Of a stretch of 64,000 nt of DNA, positions 34,751 to 61,152 are shown in pieces (positions within the stretch are counted from its first letter, which is position 1; every line of letters begins with the position of its first letter). The DNA is taken from NCBI GenBank assembly GCA_020137815.1, contig CM035357.1, positions 62,001-126,000 of the forward strand. The letters run 5' to 3'. The stretch is from Hormiphora californensis. Its lineage: Eukaryota > Animalia > Ctenophora. The translations under genes and the position numbers were made by a program. The notes beneath the pieces are model-generated. The model searched no databases and was not told where the DNA came from. It saw only the letters and a list, made by a program, of their open reading frames with translations.

Positions 34751-37360
34751 GGTAGTATGAAAGATTAGGTCGTGCGCGCCAAATGGCGCCATATGGCGCC
34801 AAATGGCGCCATCATATTCGCCAAATGGCGCCACGTGGCGAACAAATGGCGCCATTTGGCGCCAAAATGTGGCGAGTGCGCACTATCGCCAAATGGCGCC
34901 ATTTCTGGCGCCAAATGGCGCCACGTGGCGCCAGTGGCGATCGCCATTCGCCAAATGTTGGCGACTCTTGGCGGTATCGCCACGTGGCGATGGTACAAAG
35001 TCTGAAAAAAAACATGCGCAAAATTGTTATCGCCAAATGGCGCCATTTGGCGCCATTAAGTGATCAGGAGATCAAGTCGCCAAATGGCGCCGTTTGGCGA
35101 CATCTGGCGCCGTTCGTCGCCAAATGGCGCCGTTTGGCGCCAATCTTCACAAAATGGCGCCAAATCGCGCCATTTGGCGAATTTTTCGCCATATGGCGCC
35201 ATTTGGCGCCACTTGGCGATACTCATCGCCAAACATCGCCATTTGTCGATGTATCAATAATATTTTCATTGGTTTTCAAAGGTGTACACTCGCCGTTCTG
35301 CGCCACGTGGCGCCACGTGGCGCCAACTGGCGATTAATTCGCCAAATGGCGCCGTTTGTCGCCATTTGGCGACATATGGCGCCAAGAATCGCCATATGGC
35401 GCCATTTAGCGCCAAACGTCGCCATTCGGCGCCAAATGTCGCCATATGGCGCCAAATTTTTGTCAAATGTTTGTCGCCATTTGGCGCCAAATGTCGCCAT
35501 ATGGCGCCATTTGTCGCCGAACGTCGCCATTTGGCGCCAAATGTCGCCATATAGCGCCAAATGGCGACATATGGCGCAAACTGTTTGTCAAATGTTAGTC
35601 GCCATTTTGGGCCAAACGTCGCCATTTGGCGCCAAACGTCGCCATTTGGCGCCAAATGTCGCCATATGGCGCCAAATTTTTGTCAAATGTTTGTCGCCAT
35701 TTGGCGCCAAACGTCGCCATTTGTCGCCACTTGGCGCCAAACGTCGCCATTTGGCGCCATATAGCGCCAAATGGCGACATATGGCGCAAACTGTTTGTCA
35801 AATGTTAGTCGCCATTTTGCGCCAAACGTCGCCATCTGGCGCCAAACGTCGCCATTTGGCGCCAAATGTCGCCATATGGCGCCAAATTTTTGTCAAATAT
35901 TTGTCGCCATATGGCGCCACTTGGCGCCAAACATCGCCATTTGGCGCCAAACGTCGCCATTTGGCGCCAAATGTCGTCATATAGCGCCAAATGGCGACAT
36001 ATGGCGCAAACTGTTTGTCAAATGTTAGTCGCCATTTTGCGCCAAATGTCGCCATATGGCGCCAAACGTCGCCATTTGGCGCCAAATGTCGCCATATGTC
36101 GCCAAATTTTTTTCCAATATTTGTCGCCATTTGGCGCCAAACATCGCCATTTGTCGCCACTTGGCGCCGAACGTCGCCATTTGGCGCCATATAGCGCCAA
36201 ATGGCGACATATGGCGCAAACTGTTTGTCAAATGTTAGTCGCCATTTGTCGCCAAACGTCGCCATCTGGCGCCAAACGTCGCCATTTGGCGCCAAATGTC
36301 GCCATATGGCGCCAAATTTTTGTCAAATATTTGTCGCCATTTGGCGCCAAACATCGCCATTTGTCGCCATTTGGCGCCATATAGCGCCAATTGGCGCCAT
36401 ATGGTGACGTTTGGCGCCAAATGGCGAACTAACTTCGACCGCCATTTGGCGCCATATGGCGACATTTGGCGCCATTTGGTGACGTTTGGCGCCAAATGGC
36501 GAACTAACTTTGACCGCCATTTGGCGCCATATGGCGACAATTGGCGCCATATGGTGACGTTTGGCGCTAAATGGCGAACTAACTTTGACCGACATTTGGC
36601 GCCATGTGGCGACGTTCGGCGCCAAATGGCGAACTAGCTTTACCATATGGCGATATTTGGCGCCATATGGCGATATTTGGCGCCATATGGCGATATTTGG
36701 CGCCATATGGCGATATTTGGCGTCATATGGCGACATTTGGCGCTATATGGCGACATTTGGCGCCAAATGGCGACGTTCGGCGCCAAGTGGCGACAAATGG
36801 CGCCATATGGCGACGTTTGGCGACAAACATTTGACAAAAATTTGGCGCCATTTGGCGACATTTGGCGCCATATGGCGACATTTGGCGCCAAATGGCGACA
36901 TTTGACGCGAAATGGCGCCGCATGGCGACGTTTGGCGCAACTAGCAACATTTGGCGCCAATTGGCGCCAGTTGGCGATTTTTTCGCCAAATGGCGCCACG
37001 CGGCGCCGAGTGGCGAGCGTCATATTTTGGAAAGCATTGAAAATTTGCTATTCTTATCGCCAAATGGCGCCATTTGGCGATAAATATGTTGCGCATGTTT
37101 TTTTCAGACTTTGTACCATCGCCACGTGGCGATACCGCCAAGAGTCGCCAATATTTGGCGAATGGCGATCGCCACTGGCGCCACGTGGCGCCAGATCTGG
37201 CGCCATTTGGCGCCAGAAATGGCGATATTTGGCGATAGTGCGCACTCGCCACATTTTGGCGCCAAATGGCGCCATTTATTCACCACGTGGCGCCATTTGG
37301 CGAATTTGATGGCGCCAAATGGCGCCATTTGGCGCGCACGACCTAATCTTTCATACTACC
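34751..37360. mobile_element. 2.6-kb foldback-type non-autonomous DNA transposon with 8-bp TSD and GG termini (Merlin- or MULE-like)
   Basis: TSD gtattatg at 34743-34750 and 37361-37368; TIR ggtagtatgaaagattaggtcgtgcgcgcc extending ~300 bp; interior of 11-bp tggcgccaaat-type units with a ~210-220-bp higher-order period. Confidence 0.92.
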
Positions 37361-37702
37361 GTATTATGTAACATCAATCAATAAGATCACACCCTGTCAC
37401 ATCCTCCACACAGAGCCGATAACAGCAATGACGCGGCGTGATATAAAGATAAGGAAACAGCACAGTGTATGTGATGGAAAGGAGAATCTGAGGGTTCAGG
37501 GTAGTCCCCGGGCTGCTGCTAGAGGTTCTCCCACTACAACTACTGGGACTACTGGAGGAGGTGGAGAAGTAGAGGTGGATAGTGCCAGTGAGTATTATTC
37601 CGGGTGACAACTCCAGTCTCCAAGAGACCACCTTTACTGATGTTTGGGGTGGTTTTATCACGCTATAAATACAGATTATTACAGTGAACTTTTGATTCCC
37701 AG

Positions 37703-39219
37703 ACTTTTGGCCAATTGATCCATAAACATCCCCCCAGTTGTATCAAGGTTATCGTCCAGTCAAGACCAACCATCCTACATCTACCCAACATCCCCTGGAG
37801 ACAACCATCTTGGGACTGTAAAGGCACCGTACAATAAGGCTAACTCATACCCTCCTAATTATAACAGCAACATATTCAGTCTGACAGTGGAACAACCACC
37901 ACCATCCGCACCACCTGGAGGTAATGAACTGGGTGACCCACAACTCTGGGTGTCATAGAACCTGGATTAGCCAGAGTTGTATGAGCCAGAGTACTCCCGT
38001 AATGCCAGAGTTGTAGGTTGGAGAGCTCAGTAAACCGTAGTTCTCCAAGGGTTGAGTTATTGTTTAGTAGAGTTATTATTGAATAATGAATATAGTTTCC
38101 TAACACCCTCTCTCTCCCCCTCAGTTGAGCCTACAGCACCCTTCTTCCCTCCCCCCAACTCTACATCACCAAGGATGGCGGGTCACAGATACCCCCACCC
38201 CTCCAATGATACTGTCCTGTACGCAGAACCAACCTCCACCCCTCTCTCCATCCGACCCCCCTCTCTTCCTGCTGATTATGTTAGCAAGGTTTTCGGAGAG
38301 GACCGAGCTGTCAGGGTAATTAACCAATTAGTTAATTAGTTAATTAGTTAATTAATAGTAGGGTATACCACTAGATAGAGGATCGTGCTGTACGGGTAAT
38401 TAACCAATTAGTTAATTAGTTAATTGATGAGAGGGTAATTAGCCAATTAGTTAATTAGTTAATCACTAGATAGAGGATCGAGCTGTCAGGGTAATTAACC
38501 AATTAGTTAATTAGTTAATTAGTTAATGACATGTTATATCACTAGCTATAGAGGATCGTGCTGTCAGGGTAATTAACCAATTAGTTAATTGATGAGAGGG
38601 TAATTAGCCAATTAGTTAATTAGTTAATTGATGATAATTTATATCACTAGATAGAGGATCGAGCTGTACGGGTAATTAGTCAATTAGTTAATTAATGATA
38701 GGTTGTATCACTAGATAGAGGATCGAGCTGTACGGGTAATTAACCAATTAGTTAATTAGTTAATGACAGGATATATCACTAGTTAGAGGATCGTGCTGTA
38801 CGGGTAATTAACCAATTAGTTAATTGATGACAGGATATATCACTAGATAGAGGATCGAGCTGTCCGGGTAATTAACCAATTAGTTAATTAGTTAATGACA
38901 GGATATATCACTAGAGATATCTTTACAAGCATCAGTAATTGAACTGCAACCAAGCTTGTGGGTTCAATTAGAAGAGTGCAGTGGTGAAATATGTAAATTG
39001 GGACAGGGGCCAATTAGCAAGCACAACAATCTCATGATCTCTCCCTCTCTCTCTCCAACTACTACTACCACTACCAACCTCTCCCTCTCTCCTCAGGACC
39101 ACTACCAATATCAGAGACCACCCCAAGTTGCCCCACCCCCTCGGCCCAGTGACCCACCCACACCTCTCATCTACCCAACTCTAACCAGCGAACTTGCCCG
39201 GCTACCACCTGATAAAAAG
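37703..39219 (+). CDS. Exons of a proline-rich protein (incomplete model)
   Basis: Exons ~37703-37920 (probable homopolymer frameshift near 37730), 38125-38315 and 39097-39219; downstream phases are consistent. Confidence 0.6.
38298..38915 (+). repeat. Tandem copies of exon end plus donor (gaggatcgagctgtcagg|gtaattaacc)
   Basis: True junction at 38315/38316 plus about 7 copies (38378, 38473, 38551, 38654, 38718, 38786, 38850). Confidence 0.9.
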
Positions 39220-39408
39220 GTATGACGGGGTTTAGAATTGGGTTTAGGGTTTCGAGCTGAGCTCAGGTTATTTGGTGCGCTACCAAGGGTTTGGTTTATT
39301 TGGCTACTTCACGGGATTGGTATGATTTGGGGATAAGTTTGGTATGATTTGGGGATAAGTTTGGTATGATTTGGGGATGTGTTTGGTAAAATTTAGGGAT
39401 AAGTACTA

Positions 39409-40516
39409 CCGCGCGGCCCAAAAAAAACTAAGGGTACGTTGGCCTTCTTTTCTCCCAGAATTTTAATTTCGATCACTCTGATATTTTGTCACAATATTTG
39501 TATGGTTAATCATTCGAGGAATCCGGAGTTTCAAAACATAAAAGTGTGAAGTTCATGAATGAACCCATTTTTTCATTTTTCGGGTTTTTCCACGTTTTCG
39601 CATGGTTAAATTCGATTTTATTCTTAAAAATAGCAACCATGCATTAGAGTAAACAACAATAAATGGCAATCCGAGTTTTTATTAAAAATGAATCAAGTTT
39701 AGTTGGTGAAATAAATGATTGAAAAACGGTCATTTTTACCAAACATCGATTTTAACCCGTTTTGACAAGAAATTGGTAAATTCAGGCGCTAAAAATTCGT
39801 AGGGCCATTACACTTGATCGATATTGATGTTAGCCAGAATTTCGGCGCTCTATCTAAAAATTCATTTTTACGACTGGAATGAATCCTAAATGAACTTGAA
39901 AACAAGAAAACTATTCCAAACTGGAATTTCACAGTCGCCTTTGGGTAACGATTTCCTTTCAAACGCGACTAATTTTAGCTCAATTGGGCCACCACAAGAG
40001 ACACAGTGGCCACTTTCCCGACACTAGGTATGGTCAAGTGACCCCTATTGAACCGCTAGCGTCATTAATAAGTGCCAATAAGCAGGTGTAATGGTCGCGT
40101 ATCACGTATCACATCTGCTAATTAGGACGGTATAACGATACAGCGTCGGTTAGAATGTAAGTTCTCTAGCTAACACGTCATAATTTGATGGGGATCACAT
40201 GACCCAACCTAGGCTTGGTAAACTGGTCACTGTGATTCTTGTGGTGATCCAATTAAGCTCAAACTGGTCGCGTTCGAAAGGAAATCGATAGCCAAACAAA
40301 TTTGTAAAACTTTGGTACCAAAATATGGTCCCGTTTTGGCGTTCATTAGATGTTCATTCGGGCGAAAATAATGAATTTTCATCCAGAAGGCTGAAACTCT
40401 GGATTCCTCGAATGAGTAACCATACAAATATTGTGACAAAATATCAGAGTGATTGAAATTAAATTTCTAGGAGAAAAGAAGGCCAACGTACCCTTAGTTT
40501 TTTTTGGGCCGCGCGG
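39409..40516. mobile_element. Tc1/mariner-type non-autonomous element with TA TSD and ~125-bp TIRs
   Basis: TA-ccgcgcggcccaaaaaaaactaagggtacg...-TA; an empty-site copy gggataagtacTAccatgaaactc lies at ~40545-40568. Confidence 0.92.
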
Positions 40517-40888
40517 TACCATGAAACTCGTTTGGTAAAATTTTGGGATAAGTACTACCATGAAACTCAATCTCACAAGATACCGAGGGAGTTTCAGACC
40601 ACATGCACAGCTGGTTTTACATGACCGTCTTGCACACACCTCCCTGTTAATCGTATCCATTAATTGATTTATCATGTGTACCATTGTTCACAAGATGTGT
40701 ATGTTTCACATTCAGCTACATCTGGTGGATGGGGTCTGGAAGGCTGAACTCTTCCAACCCCTCTTCTCTCCTCTTTGCCCCCTCTTCTTTGCCCCTCTCT
40801 CTCTTCTTTGCCCCCTCTCTTCTTCTTGGCGCCCTCTTGTTAACCCTCTCTTGTTACTGCAGCACCCTCTCTGTGAAGAAGGGTTCCC

Positions 40889-54803
<13,915 letters not shown>

Positions 54804-55427
54804 ATTCATCCAATTTAACAATTCCCTGAGGGTATATAGGAGCTGTGGATCTGCAGTAGTAGTAGTCGATATATACCGCCCCTTCTTTACAAGGTGTTCG
54901 TGAGAGAGGGGTATCCTCTCTGATCTCCAGTAGAAGAGACTCTCCTTCCCGCTCTTTTTAGTAGACCCCCTACCAAGAGCCTGATTGATTGTTTAACTCT
55001 TCGCTTTCCCCTCTCTTTGTTTAGCTCTTTGTCTGAAGCCTTTCAGTTGTCTCCGATATGTTGTATTACTAGCCCACTGTCATATTCTATTTGTTTCTAA
55101 CCCCCTTTGATGTTGTATTTCTAGTCCACTGTTATTCTATTTGTTTCTAACCCCCTCCCCGCTACCAGTTCTAATGTTACTGGAAAGGCCACTTTATCCC
55201 AGTGAATACCACCACACCTTTGATTCCTACTCTTCTTACTCAACTGTATTGGGAGACATAAATCAGGTTGGTCTTGTGAGACTGGGAGATGATTTCAGGA
55301 GGGATAAATCAAATCAAGACCTGTTTCATTTTCTATCTCTCTCCTTCTCCCTCGCTTATTATTCTTTGGAACTCGTATTATTGTTCCGCATTCCGCATCT
55401 CTTAATGGATTTGGGCCATGGGGTATT

Positions 55428-55976
55428 TTTTCCCTGCCCGGGTGGATGCCCGAAGGGCATCCACCCGGATGATCGTTTTAGCACGTGTGCTAAAAAGATC
55501 ATAAAGGGTTTAGAAATCTCGGATTTGAAATAGTAACTCGAGCGTGGTCAAAATCGCGTGTGTCACGGTAGCAGCCTGACAACCGCGATGCTGACAATTT
55601 TGAAAAGTTCGTCCGCAAAGTTATTTCACTACGGATTGTGGCTGCGCGCGGCGCTCTCAATGCAGCGTTGTTGGTCTCACACCTCGCGCGTTACAGCATG
55701 GCGCCGCTACTAGCGCTCGAATGGATTTAACTTCTTAATCAATCTGATCGAAACTAAAAGCTCAGCTCGTTAGTATGGTGACTGACGGAACGTGAGAAGT
55801 TCCCATGCATAGCTTAGTGTCACATAACATTGTAATTAGGCGTTGGCGTCGCGACGATCAGATCACATTGCACGGTATCATCTAGTGTGGGCGGCGCTCA
55901 GAGATCTCATCGCAGATCTCATCGCAGATCGCATATCAGTGAATGTGATCGGTTTGAGTATTCGTTGGCAGGGAAA
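55428..55976. mobile_element. Relative of the 16233-16650 element in the opposite orientation
   Basis: Same tttccctgcc/ggcagggaaa ends; hairpins at 55438-55468 and 55469-55502. Confidence 0.6.
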
Positions 55977-56673
55977 CACAGCATTATGAAACATAATGCA
56001 ATAATAATTCTTGTTAGATGTTATGTTTCACGGATCATTGCCAAATGAAGGGTTTACTAAAATGACGATGAAGTTTTCAAAAAAAGGGGGGGAGTAGGAT
56101 CTGACTGTGCTCTGTTCTCCTATGAGGTTCCAGACCACAGTCAGTCCCTAGGGTGGAGCTAAATGAACATCGTGAATTTGGACAGCTTGTTAAAAGAAGA
56201 CAAGAGTACACAGCACTTCTTTCTCTCTCTGCCTATCTCTCCATCTTTACCTATCTCTCCATCTCTCTCTCTCTCTCTCTCTTCCTCTCTCTCTGAAAAT
56301 GCTGCGGTGCACACGTTTTGTTCATCAAGCAGCTTTCAACTTCAAGACACCGAGAGAGAGAAAGAAAGGAGAGGATTGCACAGACGGTCCAAGTGTTCAG
56401 TTTCTCTGACTAGTTATTTTGTGTAGGTAGTACTAGTTGAAGCGTCACTGCACCGGATCACATTGCAACTAGGATGAACAGGGTCAGTGTACTACACCTT
56501 ATCTCAAGATCACATTTCACATTTCATATTCCATCTCTGTATTTTGTATTCCAGTTTACATTTCAACAATCCCAGTTTTCATTTCAACAATCCTGTTTAT
56601 TATTTGATTTCTGTGAAATCAATATCAGTCAAACCACAGTCCTTTTACCATCACACCACTACTGAACACCACC

Positions 56674-58605
56674 ATGTTAAGCTCTCTTGGCGTTATTCTC
56701 TTCTCTGAGAGTGTTAAACAAATCCGAAAAGTGGGTTACCTAAAGTTTGGGCTTGGGATTATTGGCGACACGTGTTGGCATGAGAGTGAGGTTTGGTAAA
56801 ATACTATTTTTATGATTCCCATGTAATGGTTTCTAACACATTCCTCCTCCCTCAGTTATCAGGAAATTCTGACAATGATGAAACTGAGCTGCGGGTATCT
56901 CCCCCTCAAAGATGCAGTGTCCAGACTAGAAACGTGAAGATAAACACTGATACTGTCGATCTATCTGCTTATGCGGTGAGTCTTGTCATGTCTTGTGACA
57001 CTTTATTTAGGATTCGAATATAGAACCCTCCCCCCCCCCCCCCTATCGAATGCTTTCCACCATTACTGATTTCGATAGTGCACTATCTCTAACCATTCCT
57101 TCTCTCTGCAGGCTGATTCAAAGGGCAACAAGAGTTGGCTTGGTCGCCTCAAGAAATCCATTATTGGACGGGGCCAGTCCAAAAAGAAAATCAAAGACCC
57201 CTCAGTGACACGTACCCGAGCTGAGGTCACTACAGACGAACCAACAACTGCAGCAGCAACCCGGCCATCTCGGCCTGCAACCCTCCCCAGTGCACCCCCC
57301 ACCGCTCCAGAACCGTCCCCAGAACCCGAGCCAATGGTTGAATATGAGCCTGAAACGAAACCAAAACCCCAGACACCCCAACCTAGCTCTATCTACCCAA
57401 CACTCCCTCACCCCACCCCACCACCACAATCCACAGCGGCTCTCTCTCCAGCTCACATTACACAACAAGTATTTGGTACACTACCCGTACCTCCCAATGT
57501 GCCATTCATGGTGTATTCCTTCCCGTACGGTGTCACCAGACCTGACCAGGCAGCCCAAGTGGTGCACAATATGGGACCAGGAGATGGAGGAGGTGGAGGG
57601 TTCCAGGGTCCACTACCTGGTGGAGGGTTCCAGCCTGGTATGATGCCTGTTATACCTGAACAACAACACCAGATTAGGAGGAGGGAGAAGAGAAGGAAGG
57701 AGGGACCTCATGAGTGTATTGATCCTGTCATACTGTCACATGACCTTATACGGCACGTCAAACGGAGGTAGGTTTCCATTGGCTCACACTGCATTTTATA
57801 AAGCACGCTCTGTGAGGGCAGAGCAATTGGTTTCCATGGTTCTTGTCTGATTTTTGTCTGAAATCTGAAATACTTCTGCAACTAATCCCCCCTCCCCTCA
57901 GTTGTGGTCTAAACAGTGGCCGATCTAGAACTGCAGCGAGAGCCATTGTTCAGTGTCTAGAGGATGGTATCCCTGAGTCCAGTAAGATACACATCCTATC
58001 CGAGGTGCTATCCGCCATGGATTCAACGTTCAGGGAACACAGAACTACTGAGACGAAACGGAAACGAACCAGAGCAGCCGCACTACTGACTCTAAACGAG
58101 GTTTGTGTTAATGGTGGGGGTCTGATACTTTGTATTAGTTTGAGTTTGGTCTTTCTAATTGTAACTTGGACCATGCCGTGAAATCTACCCTTGATCTTAC
58201 ACTGTATTATCCGTTCAGGAGCAAGAGCAAGAGGCTGGTGGGGTAAAGCGACACTCTTGTAAGAGGACCTTAAAGGAGGAGAAGATACTGATGGACTACC
58301 TCCAACAAACTCTTGAAATACTGGTGAGTGTTGTGTGTGGCCCACTGTCACTGTTCAGTATAATAGCTCCTGTCGTTGTCTTGGAGACAGATATTTCTTT
58401 TAAAGCTCCTTATTCCCCCAAGAATCCCTGATCCCTTATTCCCATGAAAACCAACCTAAACCAACACCAAATTAACTAACCACCTGTTTATTTCCAGGAG
58501 GAGATGTCCGAGTCAGCTGATAACAGTAATCCAGATTTTCACATGTTGTTCAACCTTGCTAACAAGTTGTTAGAGACAATGTTTGATAAACTGGCAAGGA
58601 AATAA
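56674..58605 (+). CDS. Unknown protein, 6 exons, with a proline-rich middle and helical C-terminus
   Basis: Exons 56674-56730, 56856-56975, 57112-57767, 57902-58100, 58219-58323, 58498-58605; all GT-AG and phase-consistent. Confidence 0.8.
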
Positions 58606-59202
58606 CTTATTACAATTATACACACTGTGTTATATACTTAGTTTATTAATCTATTACGTTTTTTGACTGTTTTTGTTAAAACTGAAGGGCAGCGATTTTT
58701 CCATTAGTTATTAGAACCAGTTATTATTGTACAATCATCAAATGAACGCATTGTCTTAACCGTAAAATGTTCTTGTCGTTAATTTTCTCTGGCTAATTGG
58801 TAAATGGGTAAAAATTGGCTCAGGCCAGGTATGATGATTGCTGCGCAGTTGGGGCTGTGGGAAAATACAAACGCGCGGCGCAATATTTGCGCGTGCAAAG
58901 CCGCGCACAATAGAATCAAATTTCGGGTTCAAAATTTTGTTCACGCGATCGCGCGGCCCGGACCACATTTTTTCAAATTCGAAACGTGCGTTGTCGGTTT
59001 ACGCTTATGACTTATGAGCACCACTTAACACTTTCATCCGTTTTGTTCGTTCCCAGCACTTCCCGATCAATAATCACGTTGAAAAAAAGTTAATTGAATT
59101 TCAAAACTGTACTTTTAGTGACTGAAATGGAGTTCGAGAACAAAAAAGTTTTCTGTGGAACAATTCTCCCCTAATATCACATCCTTTTCAGGCCTTCCTC
59201 CC

Positions 59203-60522
59203 ATGGTATCGAATGAAATTATCGGAGTTATCGTCCTAGCCGCGGTTGCATTTGTTATAGTTGTCATCTACCTCTTCAAATGCGTATCAGACTGTTTAGC
59301 AGCTCGGAGAAAAAGCTCCGCTCCAGGGGCTTTGACAGACGAGGACCTAATTCAGATATCGTTAGAGTCTCGTGCTGATCCGATTCCTAATGATGCATAT
59401 GATGAAATGGGCCAGGACACATCAAATGCCAACCATAATGACTTTAGTCAGGTCTGTCGGTCGTTAGAGGTGGCGGCCAGGAAAGATAAATTCAATATGA
59501 TCAACCACACGGCGTGGCCTAAGGGCTATATCCCTCTTACATCTCCCTCACCGGGAGCTCCAGAATTAGGAATAGAGAGTGATGAGAACTATGATACTCC
59601 GCGTCAATCCCAGCCAGAGCAGGAGACATACAATGTGCCAATGAACCGACAATACCCAACATCACCAATCACTTACGACTGTCCTAAATCTCCAGCTGTG
59701 GTGGATGCGTCTGTTATTGTCCACCAGCCCTATCGAGATGCTGAACCACCGGGACAGGAACACCTCTATGCTCCAATTCTAAAATCACCACCTCCAGCTC
59801 CTCGATCTGCGGCTGCTGTTGAGAGCGATGCCCCCACATTCTTCCCACCCCGATCTAATGGCGGGACTGTTCCTCCCAGTGTATTTACGGAATCCTCTGA
59901 CTCTCAGAGCGTTACTACTCCCTCACAGACATATGACGTTCCACCAGGGATGATCGGTTTCCAGTCCCAACTAGAAACATATGATGTCCCACCTGGAGGT
60001 TTCCAAGAGGTTTACGATGTCCCCCCGGGAGGGTTTGTGTCCCAAGAGGTTTACGATGTACCTCCTCACCACCATGACATGATGATGTCATACCAACAGG
60101 AGACATATGACACCCCAACCTTCCAGCAGGAAACATATGATACACCAACCTTCCAGCAGGAAACAGAGAATACAGCACCAAACTCTCAGTACCCCCCAGT
60201 TAACAGTGTCTTCTTCATCCCTGATGATGTTGATCTAGATGAGTGTATTGACGAGGAGGTACCCAAGAGGCGACAAAGGAGGAACTCAACCCGATCCATC
60301 AAGACACTAGATGATATGGATCTAAATGGAAAACCCAAGAAAAAGAAGGAGGGGGATGGAACACCTAAAGCGAAGAAGAAGAGGAGGAAGTCGGTAGCGG
60401 GGTCTGAAGCGAGTGAAACACCTAGCAAACAAGGGGTAAATATTGAATTTGGGGATGGGGAGAAGAACTCACCTTTCTCGAACTTGACGGCACAGCCCAC
60501 CGCCCGGACTTATCAGCTGTAG
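59203..60522 (+). CDS. Single-pass membrane adaptor with multiple YDxP motifs
   Basis: TM segment IIGVIVLAAVAFVIVVIYLF; nine Y(D/N)xP motifs; ATG at 59203 follows a ccttttcag acceptor. Confidence 0.85.
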   Translation: MVSNEIIGVIVLAAVAFVIVVIYLFKCVSDCLAARRKSSAPGALTDEDLIQISLESRADPIPNDAYDEMGQDTSNANHNDFSQVCRSLEVAARKDKFNMINHTAWPKGYIPLTSPSPGAPELGIESDENYDTPRQSQPEQETYNVPMNRQYPTSPITYDCPKSPAVVDASVIVHQPYRDAEPPGQEHLYAPILKSPPPAPRSAAAVESDAPTFFPPRSNGGTVPPSVFTESSDSQSVTTPSQTYDVPPGMIGFQSQLETYDVPPGGFQEVYDVPPGGFVSQEVYDVPPHHHDMMMSYQQETYDTPTFQQETYDTPTFQQETENTAPNSQYPPVNSVFFIPDDVDLDECIDEEVPKRRQRRNSTRSIKTLDDMDLNGKPKKKKEGDGTPKAKKKRRKSVAGSEASETPSKQGVNIEFGDGEKNSPFSNLTAQPTARTYQL

Positions 60523-60589
60523 CTACATTGTAGTGTATAATGTACATTGTACATTGTATATGATGTAGTGTTTGCTGGTTATAATAATA

Positions 60590-60710
60590 CAGTCGGACCC
60601 CAACTTATCGGGATGCCCGGGGGAAAGGGTTTTGTTCGGCAAATAGGGGGTTCTGGGGTTTCGGGAACATCTGGTACATGTTGGGTTCCCGGTAAATAGG
60701 GGTCCCAATG
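60590..60710. mobile_element. Degenerate fragment related to the cagtcggacccc TA MITE
   Basis: Starts TA-cagtcggacccc; gggggaaagggt matches the family subterminal sequence. Confidence 0.55.
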
Positions 60711-61043
60711 TGTATAGCTGGTGATATATAGGGGTCCCAATGTGTATAGCTGGTGATAATATAGAGTTTTATTTTAGCATGTGATACGTTTTTTACAATG
60801 ATGACATTTTACAGATAGGTCCCGGTTTGTGCTGTTGCAATACAAGCCCCGGTAAACAACAAGTTCCACACTTGGTTACGAAGTTACCCCTTGCCTGCGC
60901 GCATGTGAGGTGTCTTCAATACCAAGTTTCACACTGAATTTGGTGGATGTTATTTTTGCCGGTTTTGCACATTCTGAATATATTTTATTATTGCACGAAA
61001 CTTCTTTCTTTTAGCGTGTGTGTTAGCTTCTCTCTCTGTATTG

Positions 61044-61152
61044 CAGGAACCGACCGAATCAGGAAATACTGGTCCCTGATTGGCTGATAACCAGTCACGT
61101 GACCTAAATAACGAGTTCTGATTGGTTGTTTACTTGTTTCGGTCGGTTCCTA
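61044..61152. mobile_element. 109-bp hAT-type MITE with 8-bp TSD
   Basis: TSD ctgtattg at 61036-61043 and 61153-61160; TIR (c/t)aggaaccgaccgaa. Confidence 0.85.

Noticed and set aside
34765-37371. Dozens of overlapping MAPNGAIWRH-type ORFs
   Set aside because: By-products of a stop-poor palindromic repeat inside a TIR element.
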